Assembly: GCA_002269645.1 (NCBI GenBank)
Contig: NIVC01000544.1
Coordinates: 481,167-545,166 of the forward strand
DNA: 64,000 bases
Direction of reading: 5' to 3'
From: Macrostomum lignano
Lineage: Eukaryota
Below the pieces are notes generated by a model. It was not told the DNA's origin and did no database searches. It worked only from the letters and a program-made list of their open reading frames with translations. The position numbers and the translations under genes were made by a program. Numbering within the stretch: position 1 is the stretch's first letter; the number at the start of each line of letters is the position of its first letter. Of this stretch, positions 1 through 11,212 are shown piece by piece.

Positions 1-198
1 GCCTGCAGAGCCATTCCACTTTTACCTGAACATCAGCCGCTAGCCATGGAAGAAACTGCTGAAAATGAAGCCGCACTGGCTGAAGACATCGCTGCTGGTC
101 GAGCAGAAAGGCAGCGGATCATGGAGTTAGCTCGTACTCCCACCAAATGCGAAGTTTTTGACTTAATGAAGTCGGCACAAGTGCATTTTCGCAACTAA
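1..198 (+). CDS. Possible 3' end of an upstream coding region, unknown product
   Basis: Frame 1 is open from base 1 to TAA at 196-198 (ACRAIPLLPEHQPLAMEETAENEAALAEDIAAGRAERQRIMELARTPTKCEVFDLMKSAQVHFRN*) and is GC-richer than the flank. No motif recognised. Confidence 0.3.
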   Translation, partial: ACRAIPLLPEHQPLAMEETAENEAALAEDIAAGRAERQRIMELARTPTKCEVFDLMKSAQVHFRN

Positions 199-857
199 AG
201 AGTGGCTTACGACAGGACCGACCTGTCCTAGATTTACGGCGGAACTTAAGAAGCCGAAGTGACTTACAAAAGTTTCACCGAACGCAAATTTACCGGTACG
301 ACACGGCGCCAACGTAAGTTAAAACTTAAGGATACCGTGACGCAAAAGCTTTATAGAACGGGCCCATGATTTATAAATTAGTGGAGTATAAATAGGTAGC
401 GGCAATGGGTAAAATAATAAAAATTAATTAAATAATAACAATTACTAATAGATACTAAACTATAAACTACTCAGAGTGAAACGCATAATTTTGGCCCTCA
501 TTTGGATTATAAATCGATATAATTAAGGTTGTGTAACAGAAATTTGTTGAATCAATAAATTTTTGAACAAAGCTTGAATAGTTATTAACCAATTAACTTA
601 TATTAAAATGGCAAATCACTTTGATTCCTAATAATCATTTTGCAATTAGGAATGTAGTTCGTCTTTAATATTAGCGTTGGAATTTCAAGACAGACTTTAC
701 CATAGCTAATGGAATGCACTTCCGGATATTTAAATTTAGTTATAATAGTGTTTTAAATACTGATTACTATACCGATTTCCTTATTAGCGGGAATTCGAAT
801 TAAATAGGTCCAGTTGAAATCCAGTGTACACTGTATATACTGTTTTGACACGATCAA

Positions 858-3800
858 TCAAAGACAGCGCGACAACCGAGGCAGTACGTAGCGCATAGCG
901 ACTGCCAGCAAAGGCGAGGCAGTTGGCGGCGTAGATTTCATTCGACCGGCGCTGCCAGCATTGTCGATGTGAGTGTAGGACAGAGGAATTTTAGAGTCCG
1001 TGCCGTGCTGAAATTTACAAGGTATAAATGATTGTAAACTTACAATTTCTCAGATTTTAAAATTAGCGAAACTATTTTATTTACCGGTATATGCACTTGT
1101 AGTAGGGCAGATATGCTTTTACACTACTGTCAGTAGTTCTAGCCAGGAAAAACATTTTGGTGGGGTTATATCGCGAATTGGGACTTCCCTGCCAATATCG
1201 AGCTTAACTATCGAGCAGTTAGAGCTCTGGGAGAGAAAACCCGTTGTTGCTTTCCAAGTTGATTTTAGTCTTGAAACCAACTTCTAATTTCGAAGAATAA
1301 GAGGTAAGATAGGGCGATAAAGTTGGGGAATATCCTTTTAGTAAATAAATTTTTGGTTTCCTTCTTTTATTCTTTGATCGCTAAATACTAGAATTAGAGA
1401 AAATCAGGGACCTGGAGGCAGCCACTATCTAAATCAAACCAGTTAAATCCACTAGGCATAATTATAATAAAACCATAGCTTGAACGGCAGGACCACGACT
1501 GCACGTAATATAATATATATTAATATTTGCAACACTTGCAACCAAAGTACACGAGGTATTTATTACCAATTTCTAAGTTTAACAATAAACACATCTGATA
1601 TACGCCCACTTACGTCAATTACCCAATTTAAAAACGTCTCGCTTAAGCGTACGGTCAAGCGAGTACACGAAGTACTGGAATTCCGACCGTAGCTTCATGT
1701 ATACATTCAAATTATAATTCAAGATTTTGCAACTATAGAACTACAATACTGTCGAAACAATTCAGTTATTACGCTAATCAATATCTGTACCTTATCTAAA
1801 CCGGAAGCTGCGGCTAAGAATGCGGCCGGAAATTGATGGCCACGCGGGGTGGCTGCACTGGGTTGCGGATTGCACTGCAGTAGCTCCTCGTATGGACCTG
1901 ATGACCGAACAAAGTCCCAGTCTTCGCGTCTGACAGTGGAAATCTAAATAGCGAGGGTTCATAAAGTAGTCAAATATAGCTCTGTTGTCAGCCAATTAGC
2001 GATCAGTTTTCCTCTCAACCAATCAGCGATCAGTTCTCTTCTCAACCAATCAGCGATCAGTTTTCCTCTCAACCAATCAGCGATCAGTTCTCTTCTCAAC
2101 CAATCAGCGATCAGTTCTCTTCTCAACCAATCAGCGATCAGTTCTCTTCTCAATCAATCAGCGATCAGTTCTCTTCTTAACCAATCAGCGATCAGTTATC
2201 TTCTTAACCAATCAGCGATCAGTTCTCTTCTTAACCAATCAGCGATCAGTTCTCTTCTTAACCAATCAGCTATCAGTTCTCTTCTTAACCAATCAGCGAT
2301 CAGTTATCTTCTTAACAAATCAGCGAGCAGTTTCTCTAATAGAAAAAATTAACGAATAAAAAATTGACATTGCATTTCCACCTCAAACGGATCGGCAATT
2401 AGATCGCCAGCAGCTTGTAACTTTGCGGCCACTCCCAGCCTTCTTGCCGGCCCATTGTCCATCGCTATGGAATATCCCTGGCCGTAGGCTAGCACAGCGT
2501 GGCCAGTGAGGGTCGCCACGGTAAACAGCCTGGCTCTGCTCGGTTCCGCAAGCTCCAACGCTCGCTCACGCTGCAGACACAGCAGATCAGCTAGAATCAT
2601 TCTGCCTTCGGCGTCGGTGTTCACCACGCGAACTCGACGACCGGCCCGGCTGACGATGACCTCGTCGGGCGAGTAGCTCCCTGATCCGATGGAGTTTCGC
2701 ACCAGGCCGAGGCTGCAGCGAGCCGTCAGATTTGGCGGACGCAGCTGGGCAAGCAGGCTGAACAAGCCGGCAACCGCTGCTGCGCCACACTTGTCCCGGT
2801 GCATGCCGACCATGCTGCCACCGGTTTTTAGGCTCAGTCCACCAGAGTCGAACGTGACGCCTTTGCCAGCTAGAAGGAGTGTCACGTGCGAGCGGTCAGC
2901 GGCATCGGCCTGTGGGATGGTTGCGAGGAGCAGGGAGCTGCTTCCGAATCATTTCTGACGGACTGAGATAGGGTAGAAGCTGACCAAGAGAGGGTAGAAG
3001 CTGACTGGGAGAGGGTAGAAGCTGACTGGGAGAGGGTAGAAGCTGACTGGGAGAGGGTAGAAGCTGACCAAGAGAGGGTAGAAGCTGACTGGGAGAAGGT
3101 AGAAGCTGACTGGGAGAGGGTAGAAGCTGACTGGGAGAGGGTAGAAGCTGAAGTACCATATCAGCTCCCACTGCAACGCAAGTAAGAAAGCAGATTTAAC
3201 AGCCAAACTTATAAGACAGCAGAAATTTTTTGTTGCTATGAAAAGATTGTATTGTAATTAATAATTTACCCGACTATTCAGCTCGCCCTCATAGGTGAGG
3301 TGTACCACCTTTCCACGGTGCCTCTCAACGCTGCCTCTGTCTACAGCCGCCATTAACGGATATTTCTCCGGCTTAATTGATTCTTCAATCTCCATGACAA
3401 CTGGACCGTTGCTAACGACGCCAAATTCCGACGCAAGTCGATCCGCAATGCGACCAGGCGACATTCGTTCCGGATCTGAGCCGCCGATGTCTCTGGCAAG
3501 TTGGCGGCCGGACTCCAGAGCCCGGATGAAGTTGAATCGCTGAGCCACCAATGCTGCAGTGGCATCGTCTTCTTGATTAACCAGGTAGCCAAGTCTGCCA
3601 ACCAGGGCCGCATTTCTGTTGCCTGTTTAAATACGTGTGTTTTGAATCTCTACATATAAATTACACCATTCGCTTTGTTTGCTTTTCTTGATGTTTTGCT
3701 CACGAAGATTGAATCAAAGAGCGCAATACCAGTTGGAAAGTTATTCTTCCTATATACTAAAAATGAGTTGTCTGTATGTATGTATGTATATGGGTATGCG

Positions 3801-6800
3801 ATTGATTTCAGAAAAAATGGCTCAACCGATTTTCTTCAAACTTGCACCATTTGATCAGAAATTTTCCTGGGACAGTACATGCATCTTGGCTAAAAAATTG
3901 CTCATTTTTAAAGGGATTAAATATTCGAAAAACATGCTTTTTTGCAAAGGTCAAGCAGCTCTTTCGACCTAAAATTCATTGTAAGAATGCTAGAGAAAAA
4001 ACTGACTGGCTGAATTCCGATTGTGATAAAGATTGCATCACAACAAGTTGAAAACAGTGCCGAAGAAATGCACACACGACTTGATTTAAATTGCGTAACC
4101 ATATTGCTAACTTAAATTGAGACTGATACTGGCTGACTGAGAAATTGATTATGTCATAACTTTTTACTTCAATTGACTTGCTGTAAGAATTGAATTATAA
4201 GGGCCACAATTCACGTTCTCCAATTGAAAAGAGATAGCCAAGATGCGAACAGACTGGAATGCTAATGTAGCGACCTGGGTTCGAATCTTAGTAGTGCAAA
4301 AAGATTTTTTTTATCAAAACACCTTAAAAACACAAAACTTCTAAACATAAAAGAAGCGCAATGTCAAACATAGAAGAGCCACCATGTCGAACATTAAGGA
4401 GCCAACATTTCGAATATAAAAGAGTTACCATGTCAAACATAAAATAAGCACTATGTCAAACATATACGTGACTCCATGTCAACGATTAAAAAGCCACCAT
4501 TTCAAACATAGAAGAGCCACCATGTCAAACCTAAACAAGCCACCATGTCCAACATTTAAGAGCCACCATGTCAAACCTAAACAAGCCACCATGTCAAACA
4601 TTTAAGAGCCACCATGTCAAACATTTAAGAGCCACCATGTCAAACATATATGTGACTTTATGTCAAACTGTAAAGAGCCACCATTTCGAACATTAAACAG
4701 CCACTTTGTCAAACATTAGAGAGCCGCCGTGTCAAACATAAAAGAGCCACCAGGTTAAACATTAAAGAGCCACCATGTCAAACATAAAAGAGCCACCATG
4801 TCAAACATTAAAAAGCCACCATGTCGAACATAAAAGAGCCACCATGTAGAATATTAAAGAGCCACCATGAAGAACATTAAAGAGCCACCATGTCAAACAT
4901 TTAAGAGCCACCATGAAGAACATTTAAGAGCCACCATCTCAAACATATATGTGACTTTATGTCAAACTTAAAAGAGCCACCATTTCGAACATTAAATAGC
5001 CACTTTGTCAAACACTAGAGAGCCGCCGTGTCAAACATAAAAGAGCCACCAGGTTAAACATTAAAGAGCCACCATGTCAAACAATAAAGAGCCACCATGG
5101 CGAACATTAAAGAGTTACCATGTCGAACATAAAAGAGCCACCATGGCGAACATTAAAGAGCTACCATGTCAAACATTAAAAAGCTATCATGTCAAACACA
5201 AAATAGCCACCATGTCAAACATAGAAGAGACACTATGTCAAACGTATACGTGACTCCATGTCAAACATAAAAGTGCCACCATGTCAAACATTAAAGAGCC
5301 ACCATGTCGAACATTAAAGAGCCACCATGTCAAACATTAAAGAGCCACCATGGCGAACATTAAAGAGCCACCATGTAAAACATAAAAGAGCCACCATGTC
5401 AAACATTAAAGAGCCACCATTGCAAACATTAAAGGGCCACCATGTCAAACATAAAAGAGCCACCATGTCAAACATAAAAGAGCCACCATGTCAAACATAA
5501 AAGAGCCACCATGTCAAACAATAAAGAGCCACCATGGCGAACATTAAAGAGCCACCATGTCAAACATTAAAGAGCCACCATGTCAAACATTAAAGAGCCA
5601 CCATGCCAAATATAAAAGAGCCACCATGCCAAACATTTAAGAGCCACCATGTCGAACATTTAAGAGCCACCATGCCAAACATAAAAGAGCAACGATGTCA
5701 AACATAAAAGTGCCATTATGTCAAAAATATACGTGATTCCATGTCAAACATTAAAGAGCCACCATGTCAAACATTAAAGAGCTATCATGTCAAACACAGA
5801 ATAGCCACCATGTAAAACATTAAAGAACCACCTTTTTAAACAAAAAAGAGACCCCATTTCAAACATAAAAGAAGTGTCATGCCAAACAAAATGGAACCAT
5901 TATAAAGCTAAGGAAATTGTTGCACTAGCAACTTGTTCTCTGGTGGATGCTTGCCTTTTAAGGATGGATACTTGCTTACAGGGGGATGCTTGCTCTTGTG
6001 GGTGGAGGGTACTTGCTATCTGAGAGGGGGTTGCTAGATATCTATACGGTATCTTTGTATCCAGGTTATGCTTGCTATCAGGGGTTGCTTGCTGTCTGGG
6101 GGATGCTTGCGATCTGGGGGATGCTTGCGAACTGGGGGATGCTTGCTATATGGGGTCTGAGGGAATGCTTGCTATCTGCGGGATGCTTGCTATCTGGCGG
6201 TGCTTGCTATCGGGGGGATGCTTGCTATCTGGGGAATGCTTGCTATCTGGGGTCTGGGGGAATGCTTGCTATCTGGGGATGCTTGCTATCTGGGGTTGCT
6301 TGCTATCGGGGGGATGCTTGCTACCTGGGTATCGATGTTTGAATGCTGTCTGAGGATGCTTGCTGTCTTGGGATGTTTTGTTTTTAGAGGGAATGTCTAT
6401 TGTTGTTTTTTGAAGGTTTTATTTCGCTGTCTATTTGTTATTTGTAAAGAACAAGGATTCTATCCAGATGTCCCCCATCGGGGGGCGAAGATAGCTAGTC
6501 CAATATACTAAAAATCAAAATCCTATATACTAAAAATGGTCTGTCTGTGTCTATGTGATCGATTAGAGAAAAAATGGCTGGACCGATTTTGTTCGAACTT
6601 GCACTGTTCGATCAGAAATTTTCCCGTGACGGTACATGCATCGTGGCTAAGAAATTGCTCGATGCTAAAGGCATTAAATATTCGAAAAACATGCTTTTTT
6701 GCAAAGGTCAAGCAAACTTTTCGACTTGAAATGCATTGTAAGAATGCTAGAGAAAAAACTGACTGGTTGAATTCTGATTCTGAAATAGATTGCATCATAA

Positions 6801-9800
6801 CTGAATTGTAACTCCGACTTGAATTGAAAATGCAGTGTGGAAGCGTAGCACCAGACTTGATTTAGATTGCGTAACCATATTGTTAACTGATACTGACTGA
6901 CTGAGAAACTGATTATGTCATAACTGCTTCGTGTGATTTACTCTATGCTTGGATTTTAAAGTGTTGAATTATATAAGTGCAAAATTTGATGTTATCAAAA
7001 CGATGAGAGCTAGCCTAGAGGTGAACAAACTGAACTGTTAAATGCAGCGACGATGGTTCGAATTTTCATAGAGTATAATTTTTTAATTAAAGCTTTTCAA
7101 CGTCAGGAAAACTAAAAGACTTTTTAAAAAGAATCGTCATGTAAAAATCATAGAAGCGTCATGTAAAAAATCATAGAAGCGTCATGTAAACAATCATAGA
7201 AGCGTCATGTAAAAAATCATAGAAGCGTCATGTAAACAATCATAGAAGCGTCATGTAAAAAATCATAGAAGCGTCATGTAAACAATCATAGAAGCGTCAT
7301 TTAAACAATCATAGAAGCGTCATGTAAACAATCATAGAAGCGTCATGTAAACAATCATAGAAGCGTCATATAAAAATCATAGAAGCGTCATGTAAACAAT
7401 CATAGAAGCGTCATGTAAACAATCATAGAAGCGTCATGTAAACAATCATAGAAGCGTCATGTAAACAATCATTGAAGCGTCATGTAAAAAATCATGGAAG
7501 CGTCATGTAAACAATCATAGAAGCGTCATGTAAACAATCATAGAAGCGTCATGTAAACAATCATAGAAGCGTCATGTAAACAATCATAGAAGCGTCATGT
7601 AAAAATCATAAAAGCGTCATGTAAAAATCATTGAAGCGTCCTGCAGAAATCGTAGAAGCGTCATGAAATAATCATAGAAGCGTCATGTAAAAAGCATAGA
7701 AGCGTCATGTAAACAATCATAGAAGCGTCATGTAAACAATCATAGAAGCGTCATGTAAACAATCATGGAAGCGTTATGTAAACAATCATAGAAGCGTCAT
7801 GTAAAAAGCATAGAAGCGTCATATAAACAATCATAGAAGCGTCATATAAAAAATCATAGAAGTGTCATGTAAAAATCATAGAAGCGTCATGAAAAAATCA
7901 TAGGAGCCTCATTTAAAAACTAATGAAAGTGTCATTTAAAAAATTAAGAAGCATCATGGTAGAATAAAAGAAGCGTCATGTCAGACATGAAGGGTGTCAT
8001 GTAAAAATTAAATGCAGCTATAATGCTGTGCTGGGGAGAAAAACTGAGACGTAAAGGCTCTCAGAGAATAACTGAGATTACGGGGGGGGGTTCTGAGATG
8101 TCAAAGCAAAAGTCAGAAGCTACTTCAAAGTTCATGTACTTTACTCAATTTTTTTATTGCATTATTTGTTGGCTCGCCACGGGGGGGGCGCTGATAGAAG
8201 AAGAGTCATGTAAAAAATAAAAGTAGCACTACGTATACATAAAAGAAAAGTCATGTCGAAGTTAAAAGATTCATTTGGGAATTGCTACGATGTCAAAGCT
8301 TGGTGGAAATCGTTATAGTGCTGTGATTCTTAAAGAAGGAATCACTAAAATGTCAAGGCTTAGGGGAGAAGAATTGCTGAGATTTCAAGGCTTTAGGTTG
8401 GGTTAAAGTTAGGTTTAGGTCAGGTGTGGGTTGAGGGTTATATTTTATCGGATTTCAAGGTTAACAGAATAACAGGGGATTTTTTAGATTTCAAGGTTTA
8501 TGGGGGCCATCGCTGACATGTTAAGACTTACGGGGGGAATATCTGAGATGTCAAGGTTCACGGGGGTATAAATGAGATTTCAAGGCTAAAGTCAGAAGCT
8601 ACATGTAGTTTATTGAAAACTTTTTATTACATTATTTGATGCCTCCTCTGGGGAGGGATCGCTGATAAAAAAAGCGTAATGTAAAAAATAAAATAAGCTT
8701 CATGTCGAAGTTAAGAGATTCATTTGGGAATCTCTACGATGTCGAGGCTTGCAGGGAATCGCTATAATGCTGTAGTAGTGCTATAATGACTCTTAGAGAG
8801 AATTACTGAAATTTCAATGCTTTAGGGTTAGGTTAGGGTTAGGGTTAGGGTTAGGGTTAGGGTTAGGCTAGGGTTAGGGTTAGAAGGTTGAAAGATATTT
8901 TTAGATTTCCAAGGCTTATTTGGGGCATTGCTGAGATGTCAAGGGGGGAAGTTGATATGTTAAAGCTTGTGGGGGGGGAATTACTGACATGTCAAGGCTT
9001 ACAAGGTTTGACAGGAGATTTTTTAAGATTTCAAGGATACATGTAGTTTATTAAAAAAACGTGTATTGCATTTCTTTGGCTCCCCAACGGGGGGCGTAGA
9101 TTGCTAGTCTCTTTCTAAAAATCATTTGGAGTTCACACCCAATCACCAATGCACTGAGTGTGTGGTTCACACCCAACCACCAAGGCACAGAGTGTGCGGT
9201 TCACACCCAATCACCAATGCACTGAGTGTGGGGTTCAAACCCAATCACCAAGGCACAGAGTGTGCGGTTCACACCCAATCACCAATGCACTGAGTGTGCG
9301 GTTCACACCCAACCAACAAGGCACAGAGCGTGCGGTTCACACCCAACCACCAAGGCACAGTGTGCGGTTCACACCCAATCACCAATGCTCTGAGTGTGCG
9401 GTTCACACCCAATCACCAATGCACTGAGTGTGCGGTTCACACCCAATCACCAAGGCACAGAGTGTGCGGTTCACACCCAACCACCAAGGCACTGAGTGTG
9501 CGGTTCACACCCAATCACCAATGCACTGAGTGTGCGGTTCACACCCAATCACCAATGCACTGAGTGTGGGGTTCAAACCCAATCACCAAGGCACAGAGTG
9601 TGCGGTTCACACCCAATCACCAATGCACTGAGTGTGCGGTTCACACCCAATCACCAATGCACTGAGTGTGCGGTTCACACCCAATCACCAATGCACTGAG
9701 TGTGCGGTTCACACCCAATCACCAATGCACTGAGTGTGCGGTTCACACCCAACCAACAAGGCGCAGAGTGTGCGGTTCACACCCAATCACTAAGGCACAG

Positions 9801-11212
9801 AGTGTGCGGTTCACACCCAACCACCAAGGCACTGATTGAAAATGAGATAGACAGAACACTGTAACAAGTTAACATTAACAAGCAAGCCATATGCAACTGT
9901 GAGCTCATGGAATATTTATTAGCCTTTTAATAATTATGAAAGCCACGAATCGTAGAATATGATGTAGAGAAGCAAGTAAACAATTTAATCATTGTTGGAA
10001 AACAAAAACAAGCAGTAAGTAGGGCGCAGAGCCTAAATGGGTATATTTATAAGATGTTAACTAACGGAAGGGGATTGAGTGCAAGTGTAAAAGAGGGGTT
10101 GGAAATTTGGAATGCGCGTCTTAGTAAAGAGGCGCCATTATTGAAGAGCCTATCGACATGAAGCAATACATTTTGGCCCAGAAAGTTCCCATACAGTTTG
10201 AATGCATTTCCAGCCAATCAATGCGTTCCGATTCAAGCAAAAGCAGAGGACACAACGCCAACCTTAGCCAATGAGAAATAGTAATGTACCTTTAGGGACA
10301 ACCGATCGCCTTCTTACAACAGAGATCGAACCTATCAGTTCGCCCGAACAATCCTATATACTAACAAAATAGTAAAAAATAAGTACGAATTTGTCGAATC
10401 CGCTGTCTCAGTTATTTGGCTCTCACACTGATAATCGAAGTTATTATACAGCCTTACAGTAGTGACAGTGAGATGAGAGTCCAGAAGACCAAGGACACCT
10501 CAACACTAATCAAATATTTCAAGAAGGCGGCCAGGAAGAGAGATAAAATAACAAGACAACAGAATAGAGAGAGACAGGCAGGTGCAGATGAACCAAGAAC
10601 CAAGAAAGTCGCGACTTAATGTAGTTCTGTTGTAATTTACCTGGAAATATATGTAGAAATTTCCAACCGTTAACTCCACGCTTACCTGTAGCTTCCCGCA
10701 CCTCCAACGGGCAATAGACAGCCTGCAAAGCGCCAAGTGCAATGCAGCGATCCAAGTTATTTAAATCCATCGACCATTGATCGCTAGGCAGGCTGCCAAG
10801 CCAAGCTCGGCACAGGAGGGGCGAACGCGACCCAGCCGATATGGCCAGTTCAATGCCGCGCTGGGCCGCATCATAGAGACTGCGACTGTCATCAAAGTCT
10901 CGATTCAAAGGCCCAGTGTGGGCGAACACCAGCCGGCCTGCTGGAGCGACCGACTCGCTGCAGGGCACAAAGGTTGTCGATTTTGGCGACATAATTGAAC
11001 AATTTTTCTACAACAGGGTGTTTAATATATAATACGATTTTTAGTCATGAAAATAGAGTAATGTAACTGGTTTTACTTACAGCACAATAATGTTGAATTG
11101 TCTTGGAAAATGCTGACAAATTCTGGCCAAGATGCAATGGATTGTCGCCAACTATTATTATGCAATCATAATTGGACTGTTGCAATAAGGAGCATGGTTC
11201 TATGGAGCACAT
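858..11212 (-). CDS. M17-family leucyl aminopeptidase (cytosol aminopeptidase), 6 coding exons, ~545 aa
   Basis: Exons in transcript order: 11212-11081, 11007-10686, 3622-3270, 2909-2382, 1943-1791, 1007-858. All junctions are GT-AG with consistent phases (total 1638 nt). Motifs: GKGVTFDSGGLSLK, MHRDKCGAA, NTDAEGR, ARDIGGSDPERM, DPFE|ISTVRRED, RGHQFPAAFL, YTHIDNAGS. The ATG at 11212 directly follows an acceptor-like ttaccag. Confidence 0.93.
1995..2335. repeat. 27-bp minisatellite (AACCAATCAGCGATCAGTTCTCTTCTY), ~12 copies, in a LAP intron
   Basis: Direct tandem copies fill most of intron 1944-2381. Confidence 0.95.
2970..3150. repeat. 21-bp minisatellite (GGGTAGAAGCTGACTGGGAGA), ~8 copies, in a LAP intron
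   Basis: Direct tandem copies inside intron 2910-3269. Confidence 0.95.
4234..4297 (+). other. Degenerate tRNA-derived module (A-box/B-box) inside Helitron-like element A
   Basis: TAGCCAAGATG ... GCGACCTGGGTTCGAATC. No intact cloverleaf. Confidence 0.5.
4340..5880. repeat. 21-22-bp minisatellite (AAAGAGCCACCATGTCAAACAT), ~70 variably diverged copies
   Basis: Tandem array internal to element A. Confidence 0.95.
5960..6365. repeat. ~17-18-bp degenerate minisatellite (GGGGATGCTTGCTATCT)
   Basis: Tandem array near the 3' end of element A; the same unit family recurs at 38755-39690. Confidence 0.9.
7135..7900. repeat. 23-bp minisatellite (AATCATAGAAGCGTCATGTAAAC), ~33 copies
   Basis: Tandem array internal to element B. 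Confidence 0.95.
8822..8884 (+). repeat. Interstitial telomeric-type (TTAGGG)n tract, ~9 units
   Basis: ttagggttaggttagggttagggttagggttagggttagggttaggctagggttagggttag. Confidence 0.85.
9130..9835. repeat. 34-bp minisatellite (GAGTGTGCGGTTCACACCCAATCACCAATGCACT), ~21 copies
   Basis: Tandem array starting ~20 bp after the element B 3' end. Confidence 0.95.

Larger units (their letters stand above)
3748..6498 (+). mobile_element. Non-autonomous Helitron-like (rolling-circle) element A
   Basis: 5' end TCCTATATACTAAAAATG; 3' GC hairpin CCCCCATCGGGGG (6472-6485) followed by CTAG|T (6495-6499); no TSD or TIR. Its 5' ~550 bp is clearly homologous to element B. No RepHel ORF. Confidence 0.7.
6521..9107 (+). 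mobile_element. Non-autonomous Helitron-like element B, head-to-tail with A
   Basis: A|TCCTATATACTAAAAATGG 5' end; 3' hairpin CCCCAACGGGGG then GCTAG|T (9103-9108). Homologous to A at the 5' end, including a tRNA-like module (~7009-7065, TAGCCTAGAGG...GGTTCGAAT). Confidence 0.72.

Noticed and set aside
8822-8884. True chromosome end
   Set aside because: The tract is short, imperfect and embedded in a mobile element within an intron.
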